Assembly (NCBI RefSeq): GCF_001194135.2
Contig: NC_068985.1
Coordinates: 105,430,389-105,494,388 of the forward strand
From: Octopus bimaculoides
Lineage: Eukaryota
Direction: 5' to 3'
DNA: 64,000 bases
Shown here: piece by piece, positions 11,760 through 24,789 of the stretch
Layout: every line of letters begins with the position of its first letter
How positions within the stretch are numbered: the stretch's first letter is position 1
Program-made: the position numbers and the translations under genes
Notes under the pieces: generated by a model
What the model saw: only the letters and a program-made list of their open reading frames with translations
Database searches by the model: none
Told to the model about the DNA's origin: nothing

Positions 11760-13005
11760 TTTCCCAGATATATATTTTAGGTGTAGATTACAATTACGAA
11801 GGGAAAAAATGAAAAAAATATTTTTCTTTTGCGGGTCATCCTCCTACCTTGAGGGATGATCCTCAAAAAAAATATCGGTGTTTGCTTCTAGGGAATGGAA
11901 TAGGTAGATATTTACTGTATACATTTCCCAGGAAAGCTAATCGGAATTTATGTAACTATAAGGTACTATATACATGCTTTGCTTTTCTTTTCCTCATGTA
12001 CTTTTACCTGTTGCTTACAAGTTCATTGCTGTGAAAAGCCCAAAACAATTTTTATATTTTTTGTTATCTCTGTGTCTGAGATTCGGAATTTTCGATCTTT
12101 TTTATACTGAATGCTCAACATTGGATCAATTGGCAACGATTTTGTGACACAAAGGCATCATTTCTAACGGAATGTTACCTAATATAATACAGAACGCTTT
12201 TTTCTACTTCTTGATAATCTGTTGCTATTGCTGTTGGGGAGATTATGTCGTTTGTGATGTTTTGGGATGGACATTTCTTAGCTCTGTTCTGGAAAACACA
12301 TAACATAAATTATTTAAAAGCAATTGTTTTTAGTGTAAGATAATTTCGCTTCTAATTGACAACATAGAAGCTCTTCTATTAGCATGAGAAGCTCGTTGAG
12401 TGTTCCATATCATGGCAATAAATCCTGATACGTAGAAATTGCAACATACGTTAGTTTGTCAGTAACACTAAAGAAGTACAAGAAATCTAAATTTAACAAC
12501 AGTATTAGCAAAAGCCTTTAACTACATGTGATTTCACTGCTAGCTGCTGTACTCAATTGATCTAGCGATTATCTCTCCATCATGTAAATAGCAACCGATT
12601 TGAAATTAATATAAAAATCTAGAGCTAATTGGTTTGTTAATCTACTTTAAATCTCTTGAGTATGTGCCACGGTGTAGATTAACAAAACCTAAATATGTAA
12701 CTGTGTTCAACCTCTTGTCACATTTATTTGCGTGTGTGTATATATACGGTATATATACATATATGTGTGTATGTATGTATATATATGCATATGTGTATAT
12801 TAATGTTTACATTAATCTGAAGGATTATTTCATACTTGTGTAGAATACAAATTGATTATTTTATAAAAAGAATATTATTGACAGTAACTTCTAAATTTCT
12901 ACCAGTTAAGCCATCATCGGACTGTATGCATGTATATATATATATATATATTCATACACATACATGCGTACGTACATACATACAACCACATACAAACATA
13001 CATAC

Positions 13006-13113
13006 AGCATTGATAGGAAGAGTAGCCTCTCCTACATCTGTAATAGATGCATTACATCCCATCTTGACGGATATGTCTTCGCTATCTAGGAGCAGGAGAT
13101 AGCTACTAAATAC
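13006..13113 (-). CDS. Candidate internal coding exon of an unknown gene (VFSSYLLLLDSEDISVKMGCNASITDVGEATLPINA)
   Basis: 108 bp, phase 0-0, acceptor gtgtttatcAG, donor GTATGT, open in only one frame; a unique-sequence island between microsatellites. No homology recognised. Confidence 0.35.
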
Positions 13114-13118
13114 CTGAT

Positions 13119-13164
<46 letters not shown>

Positions 13165-13199
13165 ACACACACACACACACACATACATACATACATACA

Positions 13200-13235
<36 letters not shown>

Positions 13236-13592
13236 TATATGGTTATTTCATGAGTTATCCTTAATCGTAGTTTTCTTTCTTAGTGACAAAAAAATTAGAT
13301 CCGCCACCTGAAGTTTTCAATAAAGTTAGCCGTTTTCAGTTTTCTACATAAAGTCTTTTATGTAGATCCTTCAAGTGGTTATAGCTATTTTGATAAATTA
13401 ATTTGCTATATCCTTATTCAGTATATATGTATGAATTGCGAACGACATTGGGGTGTTTATTAATATTCTTTTGAGTTTGTTTGAAGGAGTTAACATAAAA
13501 GTATATCTCAATAAACTCTCCAAGTATTACGTTAAATATTAGATTCTAATACTGGTGAAATGCCCCTTGGGAGATCATGTGTGTGTATGTGA

Positions 13593-13698
<106 letters not shown>

Positions 13699-14363
13699 GT
13701 GTATGTATGTGTAAGTATATATATACTTATAATTATATATATTCATATATTCATACACATACCTATATAAACACACACATATTCATATATAATATGTATA
13801 TATAATTTTAAGATTGAATTCATGGCTTTACAGTTAAATTAGATATGCCGTTTTACCTTGCTTTTGTTGCTACCCTAGTACCGACGATTTATCCCAGCTT
13901 TGGAACACATTTTGAAGTGTAGTACAGGGTTCTCATAGTAATTTCTCTACGATACTTTCTAACGCTTGATATTGTTGGCATTCAGAGTTGATTTAAGTTT
14001 TGGAACAAAAGAAAAAAGAAAATTATCAGAGATAAAATTTAGGGAGTAGGCCAGCTACAAGACAAAGGCGGTCTCATGCTTTGCCAAAAGCGTGATGGGT
14101 AAAGACTAATTCGGGAGCAGAAACGTTGACGTGGCTTCTGAAGTTAGGCTTTATTTGTCAATGCTCCGGGTCTCTTCCTTCAACTGCCCTTCTCAAAGAT
14201 GACAGGCCATCCGATGAAACTTCAATTTTGCTTTTAAAATCACGAGGCACGAACATTTACAGATACATATTTCTTAGGAAACTTCAGAGACAACCCTTAA
14301 CTGTTTTCACCTAACACGTTTCGCACTTTTGTATTGTGTTCGTCGTATGTTATGGAACCCTAC

Positions 14364-14501
14364 CTAGAATTGAAACCCTCTCCAGTGAATGCTTTTCTGG
14401 TTGTGAAAAGCAACATGGTAAAATTGTGTTTAGCTCAAGTATTCCTCCCAATAGGTCTGTTGCGATGTAATTAAAATTCCAGTTCTTGACTAGTACCGTT
14501 A
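14364..14501 (-). CDS. Candidate coding exon (TVLVKNWNFNYIATDLLGGILELNTILPCCFSQPEKHSLERVSIL)
   Basis: 138 bp, phase 1-1, acceptor ttttattttgataAG, donor TAG|GTAGGG, 45 open codons. Acceptor choice is uncertain. Confidence 0.25.
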
Positions 14502-15189
14502 CTTATCAAAATAAAACTTCAGGCCTTGTTCATATATTAGAAATATATCTATATATATATAATATATATATTATATTTTGCCTGTCTTAGACCCGCACCT
14601 ATCTAGTATTTTCTACTTAATGACAAATTTAGTATCATACTCTGTTTAAGTTTCTCAAGGCATGTTCATTTGTTATGCAATGCAGAAACGATAAGATATA
14701 AAGCAGAAGTTGGCTCTACTAAATCGAAACACGCCTTAGACCGTAAACTACATTTGTATCGTAGAAGGTACGTTTCTGCAATGTTACTTTAACCACGTTT
14801 TATCCTTCAGACAGAGAGAGAAGAATGATACATCAACATTATCGAGTGATATCCGACATTATCAAGTTACAGCTCGCAATAATGATTAGATTATCGTGCT
14901 TATCTGGACGTGACTATATAGTTACGCAGTTTCCTTCGGCACTTTGTATAAATATTCTCTAATTTAGCTTCAGATTAGCGCAAACCTCGTAGGTCAAATT
15001 TGGTATAAGGTAACAGTGCGAAAGCTCTTCAGATACACTGCACCTCACCTACAGTATGGGATTAATCTATCACTGAATTTCACACCACCACTTGGTCATT
15101 GGGTGCCCTTCGCAGTTATTTCTGCTGCAAACATTCGCACAAACTCTCTGGTTCGAGTTCCACTAATCTGGAAATGGTTATAGACTTAC

Positions 15190-15263
15190 CTTTGCCTTAC
15201 ATTTCGAGCTAAACCATAATAAAAAAGAAAGGGAATCTTCTCAACCACTGGATACCATAAAAT
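15190..15263 (-). CDS. Candidate coding exon (ILWYPVVEKIPFLFYYGLARNVRQ)
   Basis: 74 bp, acceptor cttccattttcCAG, consensus donor AAG|GTAAGT, only one open frame (phase 0 to 2). Confidence 0.35.
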
Positions 15264-16011
15264 CTGGAAAATGGAAGCGTCTGTTCCAATAACTCACGTC
15301 ATAGAAAAGCACAGAGTAGCTTTATCTACTTCGACTTGTGACATATTTATGAACGGTTATTTCAACTAGTTATAAGACTATGTAAGCACATGTCAGTGTG
15401 AGCGTGTCTCTGTATACATGAGTGCTTGTGTGAGTGCAACTCTGTGTGTGAATGCGCGCGCGCGCAGTGAAGGTGTTTGTATGCTCGTGTGTGAATGCGT
15501 GTATAAATGTGTGACTGTGCGTATGTGAAAAATACTTGAGAAAGAGAGACTGAATGTTAGATGGAGAAAAAAAAAGCATACTAATTACAGAAAGATTTAT
15601 TGTAATCGCAGTTAATCAGATGATCATCAATATTAAAGCCTTAGAGCGATTAACGAGATTTGAATTTATTTATTTATTCCTTTTTTTCGTCATTTTTCCC
15701 TCTCTGCTTTTCAGAGAACCAACCTAATAATTTTACTGAGTCAGACCGGGATTTTCCATAAAAGATGTAACTTATTGTAGCTTGAATTTATAGCGTCAAC
15801 TAAGAACTGATAACAATATTAACAATATTTTACATAATCAATTTGCATGAGTGTGGCGTGTGTGTGTATGTGTGAATATATGAATGCGTATGTGTACGTG
15901 TGAATGTGTGTATATACTCAATATCTGTATGTAGGCATATGTATATATCTGCTTATACCTGTATGTATATGTGTACACATATACATAAAGGTTTATGCAC
16001 ATACACACATA

Positions 16012-16193
16012 CTCTTACTTGTTTCAGTCATTTGACTGCGGCCATGCTGGAGCACCGCCTTTAGTCGAGCAAATCGACCCCAGGACTCATTCTTTGTAAG
16101 TCTAGTACTTATTCTATCGGTCTCTTTTGCCGAACCGTTAGCCTACGGGGACGTAAACACACCAGCATCGGTTGTCAAGCTATGTTGGGGGGA

Positions 16194-16247
<54 letters not shown>

Positions 16248-16376
16248 CATATAGATATATACGACGCGCTTCTTTTCAGTTTCCGTCTACCATATCCACT
16301 CACAAGGCTTTGGTCGGCCCGTGGCTATAGTAAAAGACGCCCAAGGTTCCACGCAGTGGGACTGAACCCGGAACCA
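16012..16376 (-). mobile_element. SINE family D, near full-length but lacking the extreme 5' head
   Basis: Tail TACTTGTTTCAGTCATTTGACTGCGGCCATGCTGGAGCACCGCC, internal (CA)n(TA)n, head side CCACGCAGTGGGACTGAACCCGGAACCATG. Confidence 0.92.
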
Positions 16377-16610
16377 TGACAGACGAAGTACCGCTAAGCA
16401 TTTCGCCCGGCCTACTAACGTTTCTGACAGCTCGCCGCCTTTGATCCTTTTCTACTCTAGGCACAAGGCCCGAAATTTGGGGAGGGAGGGGGGCAGTCGA
16501 TTAGAGTGACACCAGTACGCAACTGGTACTTAATTTATCGGCCCCGAAAGGACGAAAGGCAAAGTCAACCTCGGCGGAATTGGAACTCAGAATGTAAAGA
16601 CAGATGAGGA
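16377..16610 (-). mobile_element. SINE family B, circularly permuted copy
   Basis: On the plus strand the head segment (16377-16440) precedes the tail and body segment (16441-16610), the reverse of the order at 47774-48003. Confidence 0.85.
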
Positions 16611-18017
16611 TATTCTACACGGGCGAGNNNNNNNNNNNNNNNNNNNNNNNNNNNNNNNNNNNNNNNNNNNNNNNNNNNNNNNNNNNNNNNNNNNNNNNNN
16701 NNNNNNNNNNNNNNNNNNNNNNNNNNNNNNNNNNNNNNNNNNNNNNNNNNNNNNNNNNNNNNNNNNNNNNNNNNNNNNNNNNNNNNNNNNNNNNNNNNNN
16801 NNNNNNNNNNNNNNNNNNNNNNNNNNNNNNNNNNNNNNNNNNNNNNNNNNNNNNNNNNNNNNNNNNNNNNNNNNNNNNNNNNNNNNNNNNNNNNNNNNNN
16901 NNNNNNNNNNNNNNNNNNNNNNNNNNNNNNNNNNNNNNNNNNNNNNNNNNNNNNNNNNNNNNNNNNNNNNNNNNNNNNNNNNNNNNNNNNNNNNNNNNNN
17001 NNNNNNNNNNNNNNNNNNNNNNNNNNNNNNNNNNNNNNNNNNNNNNNNNNNNNNNNNNNNNNNNNNNNNNNNNNNNNNNNNNNNNNNNNNNNNNNNNNNN
17101 NNNNNNNNNNNNNNNNNNNNNNNNNNNNNNNNNNNNNNNNNNNNNNNNNNNNNNNNNNNNNNNNNNNNNNNNNNNNNNNNNNNNNNNNNNNNNNNNNNNN
17201 NNNNNNNNNNNNNNNNNNNNNNNNNNNNNNNNNNNNNNNNNNNNNNNNNNNNNNNNNNNNNNNNNNNNNNNNNNNNNNNNNNNNNNNNNNNNNNNNNNNN
17301 NNNNNNNNNNNNNNNNNNNNNNNNNNNNNNNNNNNNNNNNNNNNNNNNNTCATGTATTATGTATACATGTATATATGTATGCACGTATGTATCTGCTTTT
17401 GGTGAGCTAAGTTTACGATCCAGTTTCTTTTCCCCGCTGCAGTTAATTCACCTGGGTTACTAAAGCTGCTGAGAAAAATGCGAACGTCATATCATCTTAT
17501 TTGCATTATGCAGTAAATCTAAAACATTGTACTTATGTAAGAAATCAATATAAGCTTTAAAGAATTATATTCCAAACTAAACTTAGTGCATTTAGAGAGG
17601 AACAAAACAAAACAAAAACTGTTTCCTTTATTGCGTTATTACAGCTGTTATTGTTGTTTGTCGGGTTGGTGGTCGTGACGCTGATGTTGCTGGTGGTCGG
17701 TTGCCAGTTTCAGCCGTTTATACATAACAGAGGGTCGGTCGGTGTTAATATTTTTAGAACAGTTACTTTATTTTTTGTTTATTTTATTTAGTTATTTTTT
17801 TCTTCTTCTGTCAGACTCTGGTATTGACTTCATCATTCTGCAGTTGGTAATGTGATTTTAGTTGCAATGTAATCAATTCTTTGAGGGAAGGGAGAAAGAA
17901 CATCGGGAAAATATTATTGAAAATAGAATATGAATGAATAATTCAATAAGTGTTCAACACAATGGAAACAAAGGGAGAGAAAAAGAGAAAATGAAAAGAA
18001 TAGATAAAGAGCGCAAA

Positions 18018-18018
<1 letters not shown>

Positions 18019-18093
<75 letters not shown>

Positions 18094-18094
18094 G

Positions 18095-18151
<57 letters not shown>
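18019..18151. repeat. (GATA)n-(GACA)n-(GATA)n microsatellite
   Basis: Read directly from the sequence. Confidence 0.95.
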
Positions 18152-18152
<1 letters not shown>

Positions 18153-20959
18153 GCAGAAAGTTGCTTTCATTTATAAACTAATAAATAGAAGAATGTGATG
18201 GTTCTGTTTGAGAAAGCAATATGTTATTGGAATGTTGCAAGTACAGAAAATGTAGGCAGAAAGACGGCAACAGAAGCATGCATGTATCGTGAAAGACAAA
18301 CGATCATTAATGAAGTACTTATTGATTTCAAATAGGAACCAAGATATTCGTTTTGATATTGAATGAAAAGAACAGGATGTTTAATGCTTCTTCTTGTGGT
18401 TATTCTAATCACTTTTTGCTTTGATTCTGTTCTTGTTTTGTCAATTTTCAACAATACATAATATTTAGACCATCGACATCATGGAGTTGTACATGATAAC
18501 ACTGACTACCACACCTTCTAAATTGGACACATTGCACTTTATGGTCTGAGGAGTTGGTTATTTATGATTTACACTTACATCAACAAAACGGAAACATACG
18601 TTACATATATAAAATGAAAGTTTGTAATTGAAAAACAAACACAAACAGTTGCTTTGTTTCTAGTTACAAGTATTTAATCCTTTCATAACCGCATATCTGC
18701 TGAAACACACTGACTTTGTACCAATTAATATTGAAAATATGAAATTTTGATGGAAATTTTTATTTAGATCATTCTAAACTAAGTATTTTGTATCATATAA
18801 CCAGGGGTGGTGTTTAATATCAAAAGGGACAATAGTTAAACGTGGGTTATTTTTAATATATGCCATCTTCAAAATATTGATCATTACCGAGGATTTTTTA
18901 ATATTTAAATATCAATTTCATTACTTGAAAGAGTAAAGGTCTATCCTTAGATATTTATTTTATGCGAATATAGTTTTCCAAACGTCCAATTATGTTTGTT
19001 TACAGAGGTTCTAATTAGCCTCCTATGATGTAGCGGGAGAAGGTGTTAGTAATAGAGGTGGTAGCAGCGAAGACACCTCTCCAGATGTAAAAACAATGGT
19101 AACAGAAAAAAAAACATTAAAAGTAAACAGAAAGGGATAATTAAACAGTCATAGTATTAAACATAGCCACAGTTTGACGAGCGAAGCTGCAAACCAAACC
19201 GGCAATAACCAAGGTACTCATTTTCTGCAAATGTTATGGATTAAAAGGAGTTCCTCAATATAGTTTCGACTCAGAAAAGCGAGGGTGGTTCACCAGCCTG
19301 GTTCACTACTGCTGTTAATCCATCTCCAACATCATTTCTACTATTCTGGCAGTATGTTATTCTCTTAGCTCTTCAGTTGAGTTATCAGTCTGTTATAGAT
19401 TGTGGATGCAGGGGCTTTATGCTACTGTCAAGTAAGCTATGCACCAAAAGTTTAAGGGATAAATCGTGCCAGAGGTGGAAGTGTTTAATGCCGTTTTCTC
19501 TTCCAGAAACCATCCAGGTGTTGATGGTTGTTTGTTTTCAAATTCAATGAATGGCGCTGCCACACATCTAAGGATTACCAACTCCTTAATTAAAGTGGAA
19601 ATGACTGAGCATGTGCATCCTTAACGTAATTTTCAGGCAGAATCAGCATGACACAAAGCATGAATGCTTTTTCGGTTTACAAGAACCATACACACGACAA
19701 ACTTCTGTTCAGTTTCCGTTGACCTAATTTTACACATGAAACTTTAGAAAGATGCATCAACCCAAGACATCAAGAAGTGGGATGGAACCTAGGGCGACGT
19801 CCTTAAATATTGGGCCATACAACGTCTCTCTCTCTCTCTCTCTCTCTNNNNNNNNNNNNNNNNNNNNNNNNNNNNNNNNNNNNNNNNNNNNNNNNNNNNN
19901 NNNNNNNNNNNNNNNNNNNNNNNNNNNNNNNNNNNNNNNNNNNNNNNNNNNNNNNNNNNNNNNNNNNNNNNNNNNNNNNNNNNNNNNNNNNNNNNNNNNN
20001 NNNNNNNNNNNNNNNNNNNNNNNNNNNNNNNNNNNNNNNNNNNNNNNNNNNNNNNNNNNNNNNNNNNNNNNNNNNNNNNNNNNNNNNNNNNNNNNNNNNN
20101 NNNNNNNNNNNNNNNNNNNNNNNNNNNNNNNNNNNNNNNNNNNNNNNNNNNNNNNNNNNNNNNNNNNNNNNNNNNNNNNNNNNNNNNNNNNNNNNNNNNN
20201 NNNNNNNNNNNNNNNNNNNNNNNNNNNNNNNNNNNNNNNNNNNNNNNNNNNNNNNNNNNNNNNNNNNNNNNNNNNNNNNNNNNNNNNNNNNNNNNNNNNN
20301 NNNNNNNNNNNNNNNNNNNNNNNNNNNNNNNNNNNNNNNNNNNNNNNNNNNNNNNNNNNNNNNNNNNNNNNNNNNNNNNNNNNNNNNNNNNNNNNNNNNN
20401 NNNNNNNNNNNNNNNNNNNNNNNNNNNNNNNNNNNNNNNNNNNNNNNNNNNNNNNNNNNNNNNNNNNNNNNNNNNNNNNNNNNNNNNNNNNNNNNNNNNN
20501 NNNNNNNNNNNNNNNNNNNNNNNNNNNNNNNNNNNNNNNNNNNNNNNNNNNNNNNNNNNNNNNNNNNNNNNNNNNNNNNNNNNNNNNNNNNNNNNNNNNN
20601 NNNNNNNNNNNNNNNNNNNAAGTCATTGTGAAAATTATTTGTACAGTTTTAAAAGTATAAAAAAAAAGTTGTAAATTCTTAATCAGAACGTCACTAAATT
20701 TTTGGGGAAGAAGTTTCTTCCTCGTGTGTGTGAACGCTTTCAATTTTCTTTCCAAACACACGTGTTCTTAGACATATTATATATACTGCTTTGGAGTAAC
20801 AAATCATTTCTCGTTACTGGAAGTAACGTGCCTTAAAGCTCAGACAACAGTAATCAGCACGGATGACCTGGTCACTTGATTTAATCGAATAGATAAACAA
20901 ATGAACCCTCTCGGCTCTGTCACTCTTCAGCTCAACAAAACTTGTAAGAACGGAAAGGA

Positions 20960-21133
20960 GTGATGTGCACCAGCTGTCAGCTGGTACTCATTTTCAGCCG
21001 AGTAGACTGAAGTAATATAAAATGAAGTGCTCTGCTCAAGGACATAACACACAATGCCAGCTTTCAGGAATTGAAACTACGACAATGCGATCAAGCGCCA
21101 AACATCCCTAACGGCTCGGCTACGCTCCTCCAC
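20960..21133 (-). mobile_element. SINE family A-like, decayed
   Basis: Minus strand TGGAGGAGCGTAGCCGAGCCGTTAGGG...GTTTCAATTCC...TGTCCTTGAGCAGAGCACTTCAT, similar to about 11-120. Confidence 0.65.
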
Positions 21134-21546
21134 AGTAACGCATTTATGAATTATATTAATAGTGTAATTTAATTTCTCCATTAACACCGCTTACTCATGT
21201 GCATTTTGTTTTTCTATTTTTGTTGATCAATCTATTTTTTAATTGAAATCATTATTATTGGAAGTGGAGTTGATGTGTCATTAATCCTGCTAATTTTGTT
21301 AGCATGTCACCAACAATCACAAGTTCTCTTAAGCTAATGCATTAGCAGTAGCAGTAGGCAGCTGTTAGTAAGGATAAGCGAGTGATTCTATTTTATTTTT
21401 TTTATAATTTTCTCTCACACGTTCTCAGAAAATACGCTCACACATGCACACACACATATGCACACATAATACACGAAAATAAATATGGGTACGTACGTGT
21501 GTGAGTGCATGGTACGTGCGTGTGCCTCTGTGTGTGTGTGTGTCTG

Positions 21547-21577
<31 letters not shown>

Positions 21578-22157
21578 TCGTAAGCTTTTTTAATTTTTTT
21601 CATTGCATTTTTAACATATAACAGTAATCATATCAAATGAAATTGTAAAAAGTTTTATAAACTAGTTGCTAATTCATATAAAACTATATGCGCAGTATGT
21701 TCAAAAGACTAATGTCGAAAAGTTTTCTTCGAAACCACGACATCACGGGTTCGATCTCAGAACGTGTTAAGTTAAAAAATCATTTTCTATAGTCTGCTAT
21801 CGACCCAAAAGCTATGAGTGAAATTGGGCAGAAGGAAACTACGGAATCCCGTAGAATGGATTATACTTGTAATCCAAAAAGCACAGCCTTGTCACACATT
21901 GTGTCACAGCGTTAGGTCATACGTGTCTGTTGAATACACGTTAACTCAGGATCAAGCAATTCACTTCATCGAACAAGTGACTCTGCATTTTTAATTTTAA
22001 AATATTCCGTAAAATTAATATACGTGATTGAAACAGCTTTAGATTAAAATACCGATGTATATATATACATGTTTATAGCATATATACAAGCGTGGGGCGG
22101 TACTTGTAATATTTTGTCTTAGAGAAACTTCTCAAGGAGATAAAAACATAGGGCATC

Positions 22158-22239
22158 GCTCAAAACGTTTGTTTATCGTCACTGAGGAGACCAAATCAGG
22201 TCAAAACTCTGTGTTTGGCGATCCACTGGCGTTCTGAGC
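22158..22239 (+). ncRNA. Type I hammerhead ribozyme fold (minimal, PLE/retrozyme-like) with a G12-to-A core change
   Basis: Stem I ATCGTCA (22175-81)/TGGCGAT (22216-22); core CTGAGGA (22182-88); stem II GACC-AAATCA-GGTC; AAAAC in place of GAAAC; stem III AC-TCTGT-GT; cleavage triplet GTT (22213-15); distal stem I GCTCAAAACG/CGTTCTGAGC with 9 of 10 pairs. Confidence 0.75.
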
Positions 22240-22745
22240 GAAGCCTTGTGTTTCTATTCTATTACAAACCCTGTGTTTCGCTTTGAGAACATTCTTTGAA
22301 ATGAAATATTACTGCTAGTGCCATCGTATGTTTGTAAACACAATGATATTCTGTAAATATTCTTCGAGAATAATTGTACCAATCTAGCCAACAAGATCTA
22401 GTCTATGTCTCAATCTGACAAGGAAAGCTTAACTCTTTGACAGTCCCTGATACAAACGAAATACACTTAATACATCATGATTTCACAAAACAAGACTTTA
22501 TGGGAAGGGAAATAATTTATCCAAGTAAGGATTAAAAGTAATATATAACCGACAAATGTTCAATTAAGCTGTAATACTAAAATAAATTATATCTACATGA
22601 GACTTGAGAAGTTTGAATATGGAAGAGTTAACCAGATTTATCTAAAACAAAAAATTACTTTTGCTCGGCGGAGAGTAATTTAATAACTGAGCAGCAATTT
22701 TTAAAACCAGTTAATCACTTCCATTAAGAAGAATAAATGTTGTTT

Positions 22746-22826
22746 CTTGCGATGACTCAGTTGGTAGAATTTTTAGATGATTTATAATAGTTGCTCTTAG
22801 TCCGGGGTTCGAATCTGTCTCGCGAG
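22746..22826 (+). pseudogene. tRNA-like relic resembling intron-containing tRNA-Tyr
   Basis: Acceptor-stem pairing CTTGCGA/TCGCGAG, A-box-like GACTCAGTTGGTAGA, B box GGTTCGAATC, extra sequence in the anticodon arm and a downstream T-run. Anticodon and T stems are degraded. Confidence 0.45.
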
Positions 22827-23401
22827 AGATATCAGGCCTTTTTTTTTTTGTAGTGCATCTATCACTTGATACAGTTGGCTCGTTATTTTTGTTATTCCCA
22901 GATTAGAGTCAGTTATTAACCATCTCTTACACGCTAGACCCATTCGGACTTAGAAATACTTTGGATATCCTCATCTTAGTTATGTATTCGTTGAATTAGA
23001 AATACATGGACTCATGAACTTCTTTCGGGCGTTATTTTTTTATTTAGTATTTGTTAAATATTGCTGATTTCAGCTCTGATCTAACAGATTTACGATAAAG
23101 AAGCATTTCACTCGTGACAATTCCGAACTTGTTTTTCAGTCATATTATATCTAGGACTGCATAATCCACTGTGTCCTTGCCCTTCGAAAACGGTCGTGTA
23201 TGAGATGTGATTTGAGGCAAGACTTAACTACCATTTCTGAAAGGTCAACTGACAGTAATATGGCTGAGGCGATAAGGTATTGGGCTACCAGCACATGGGT
23301 TCTTGGGCTCGAATTCATATCGATGTTTTCATTACGTTTCTGGATAGAACAATTTATTCTGAATTGGTTCGGTTACTCTTTTATACTGTCGTAGTTATTG
23401 T

Positions 23402-23428
23402 TGTTGCTGCTGCTGCTGCTACTGCTAC

Positions 23429-23462
<34 letters not shown>

Positions 23463-23464
23463 GA
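23402..23464. repeat. (GCT)n/(ACT) trinucleotide microsatellite
   Basis: Read directly from the sequence. Confidence 0.9.
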
Positions 23465-24229
23465 TGTTCTTATTGCTCTTGTAGCTGTGGTTCATGATGT
23501 TGGGCTCGAGGTTGGTTTGATTGGGCAGATCGGTAGTGTGTAGATAACTAGCCAGCCTATCTACAGTTCTGGATAAATATGTACATATATACATATAAAT
23601 ACATATATACACATACATATATACACATACATATATACATTCATACAGACATACATATAAGAATACATATGCATACACAGATACATAAATATACATGTTT
23701 GATTGTGTATGTATGTGTGTATGTATGTATGTATGTATGTATGTATGTACGTACGTATGCAAGCCATATCTCAGTCTAGTTGTAAGTTTCCAAAATGGGA
23801 ATAAGATTTTCTGGGGAAAAGATCAATAATTTTACTCACATCCTGATACAGAAGTTTGTCGAAGGTCAGAGAATTGAATAATTTATCGCTCGAGTGCATC
23901 GGATAAATAAATATTTAATCAAAGCAGTGGGATTTGAACAACAAATAATAAAAGTAAATATGTGAATATACTGCGAGCTGAGTTTATGATCTGTCTTCCA
24001 TTTACAGCTTCAGCGGTAGCTTCACTATGGCTGATTGGTTAAGAAATTTGCTTCGCAACTACTAAACCCTGAGATCTGTCCCACTGCTTAATATCTTAGA
24101 CTTGAGACATTTCTTTTTTTTTTTTTTTTTGCTTTTTGTGAGTGAGATTGAGTAGACGAAAGATTGTATGCAAGCCTGTCAGTGGCGATAGCTTCTATGA
24201 TTCAAAATGATTACACAGTGTTGTCACAT

Positions 24230-24545
24230 CCTGTATCATGCTGATTCTGTTTGAGAATCAGTATTTGCAAAGGGAAGTCATCGTTCCCAAGTCCAGCCTG
24301 ACGTGATACACGTGGACCCGAGTTTCTGGGTATTGAGTTTGGAGTTTGATTTCTTTTCAAACCAAACTCCAAAACTCCGTCTTCTATCAGCATGCTGTAG
24401 ATTGCCACAAGGGCTCCTTAGGGAAACTTAAGTTAAACGTCTTATCTACACATCCCACTGATGCAATGCTGAGACAAGTCACTGAAGCTGTCTGTATACA
24501 AGAATACAAACCCACTCTGGACCGTAAATCCGAATGGGGTAACAT
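24230..24545 (+). pseudogene. Penelope-like GIY-YIG endonuclease fragment
   Basis: NSVFYQHAVDCHKGSLGKLKLNVLSTHPTDAMLRQVTEAVCIQEYKPTLDRKSEWG fits the PLE pattern H...H...R.V.EA..I...P..N.K.EW. Confidence 0.75.
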
Positions 24546-24733
24546 CCAGATTCCACTCGGGAGTACTCCTCTATATCCACACCTTTCTCTCATTTACGTG
24601 TAGAAATCCATAGATACATGTTGAGATGCATGATACTAAAATACATATATGTAGTTATATAAATATATATATATATATATACAGAGAGAGAGAGAGAGAA
24701 ATAGATATATATACACATATACAAATACATGCG

Positions 24734-24767
<34 letters not shown>

Positions 24768-24789
24768 CATACATGCTGCTGGTTTCCGG

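Noticed and set aside
14700-14890. Plus-strand two-exon model with a 43-nt intron
   Set aside because: The intron is very short and the peptide is unrecognisable; likely chance.
17452-17518. Minus-strand AG/GT-bounded segment
   Set aside because: Stops in all three frames.
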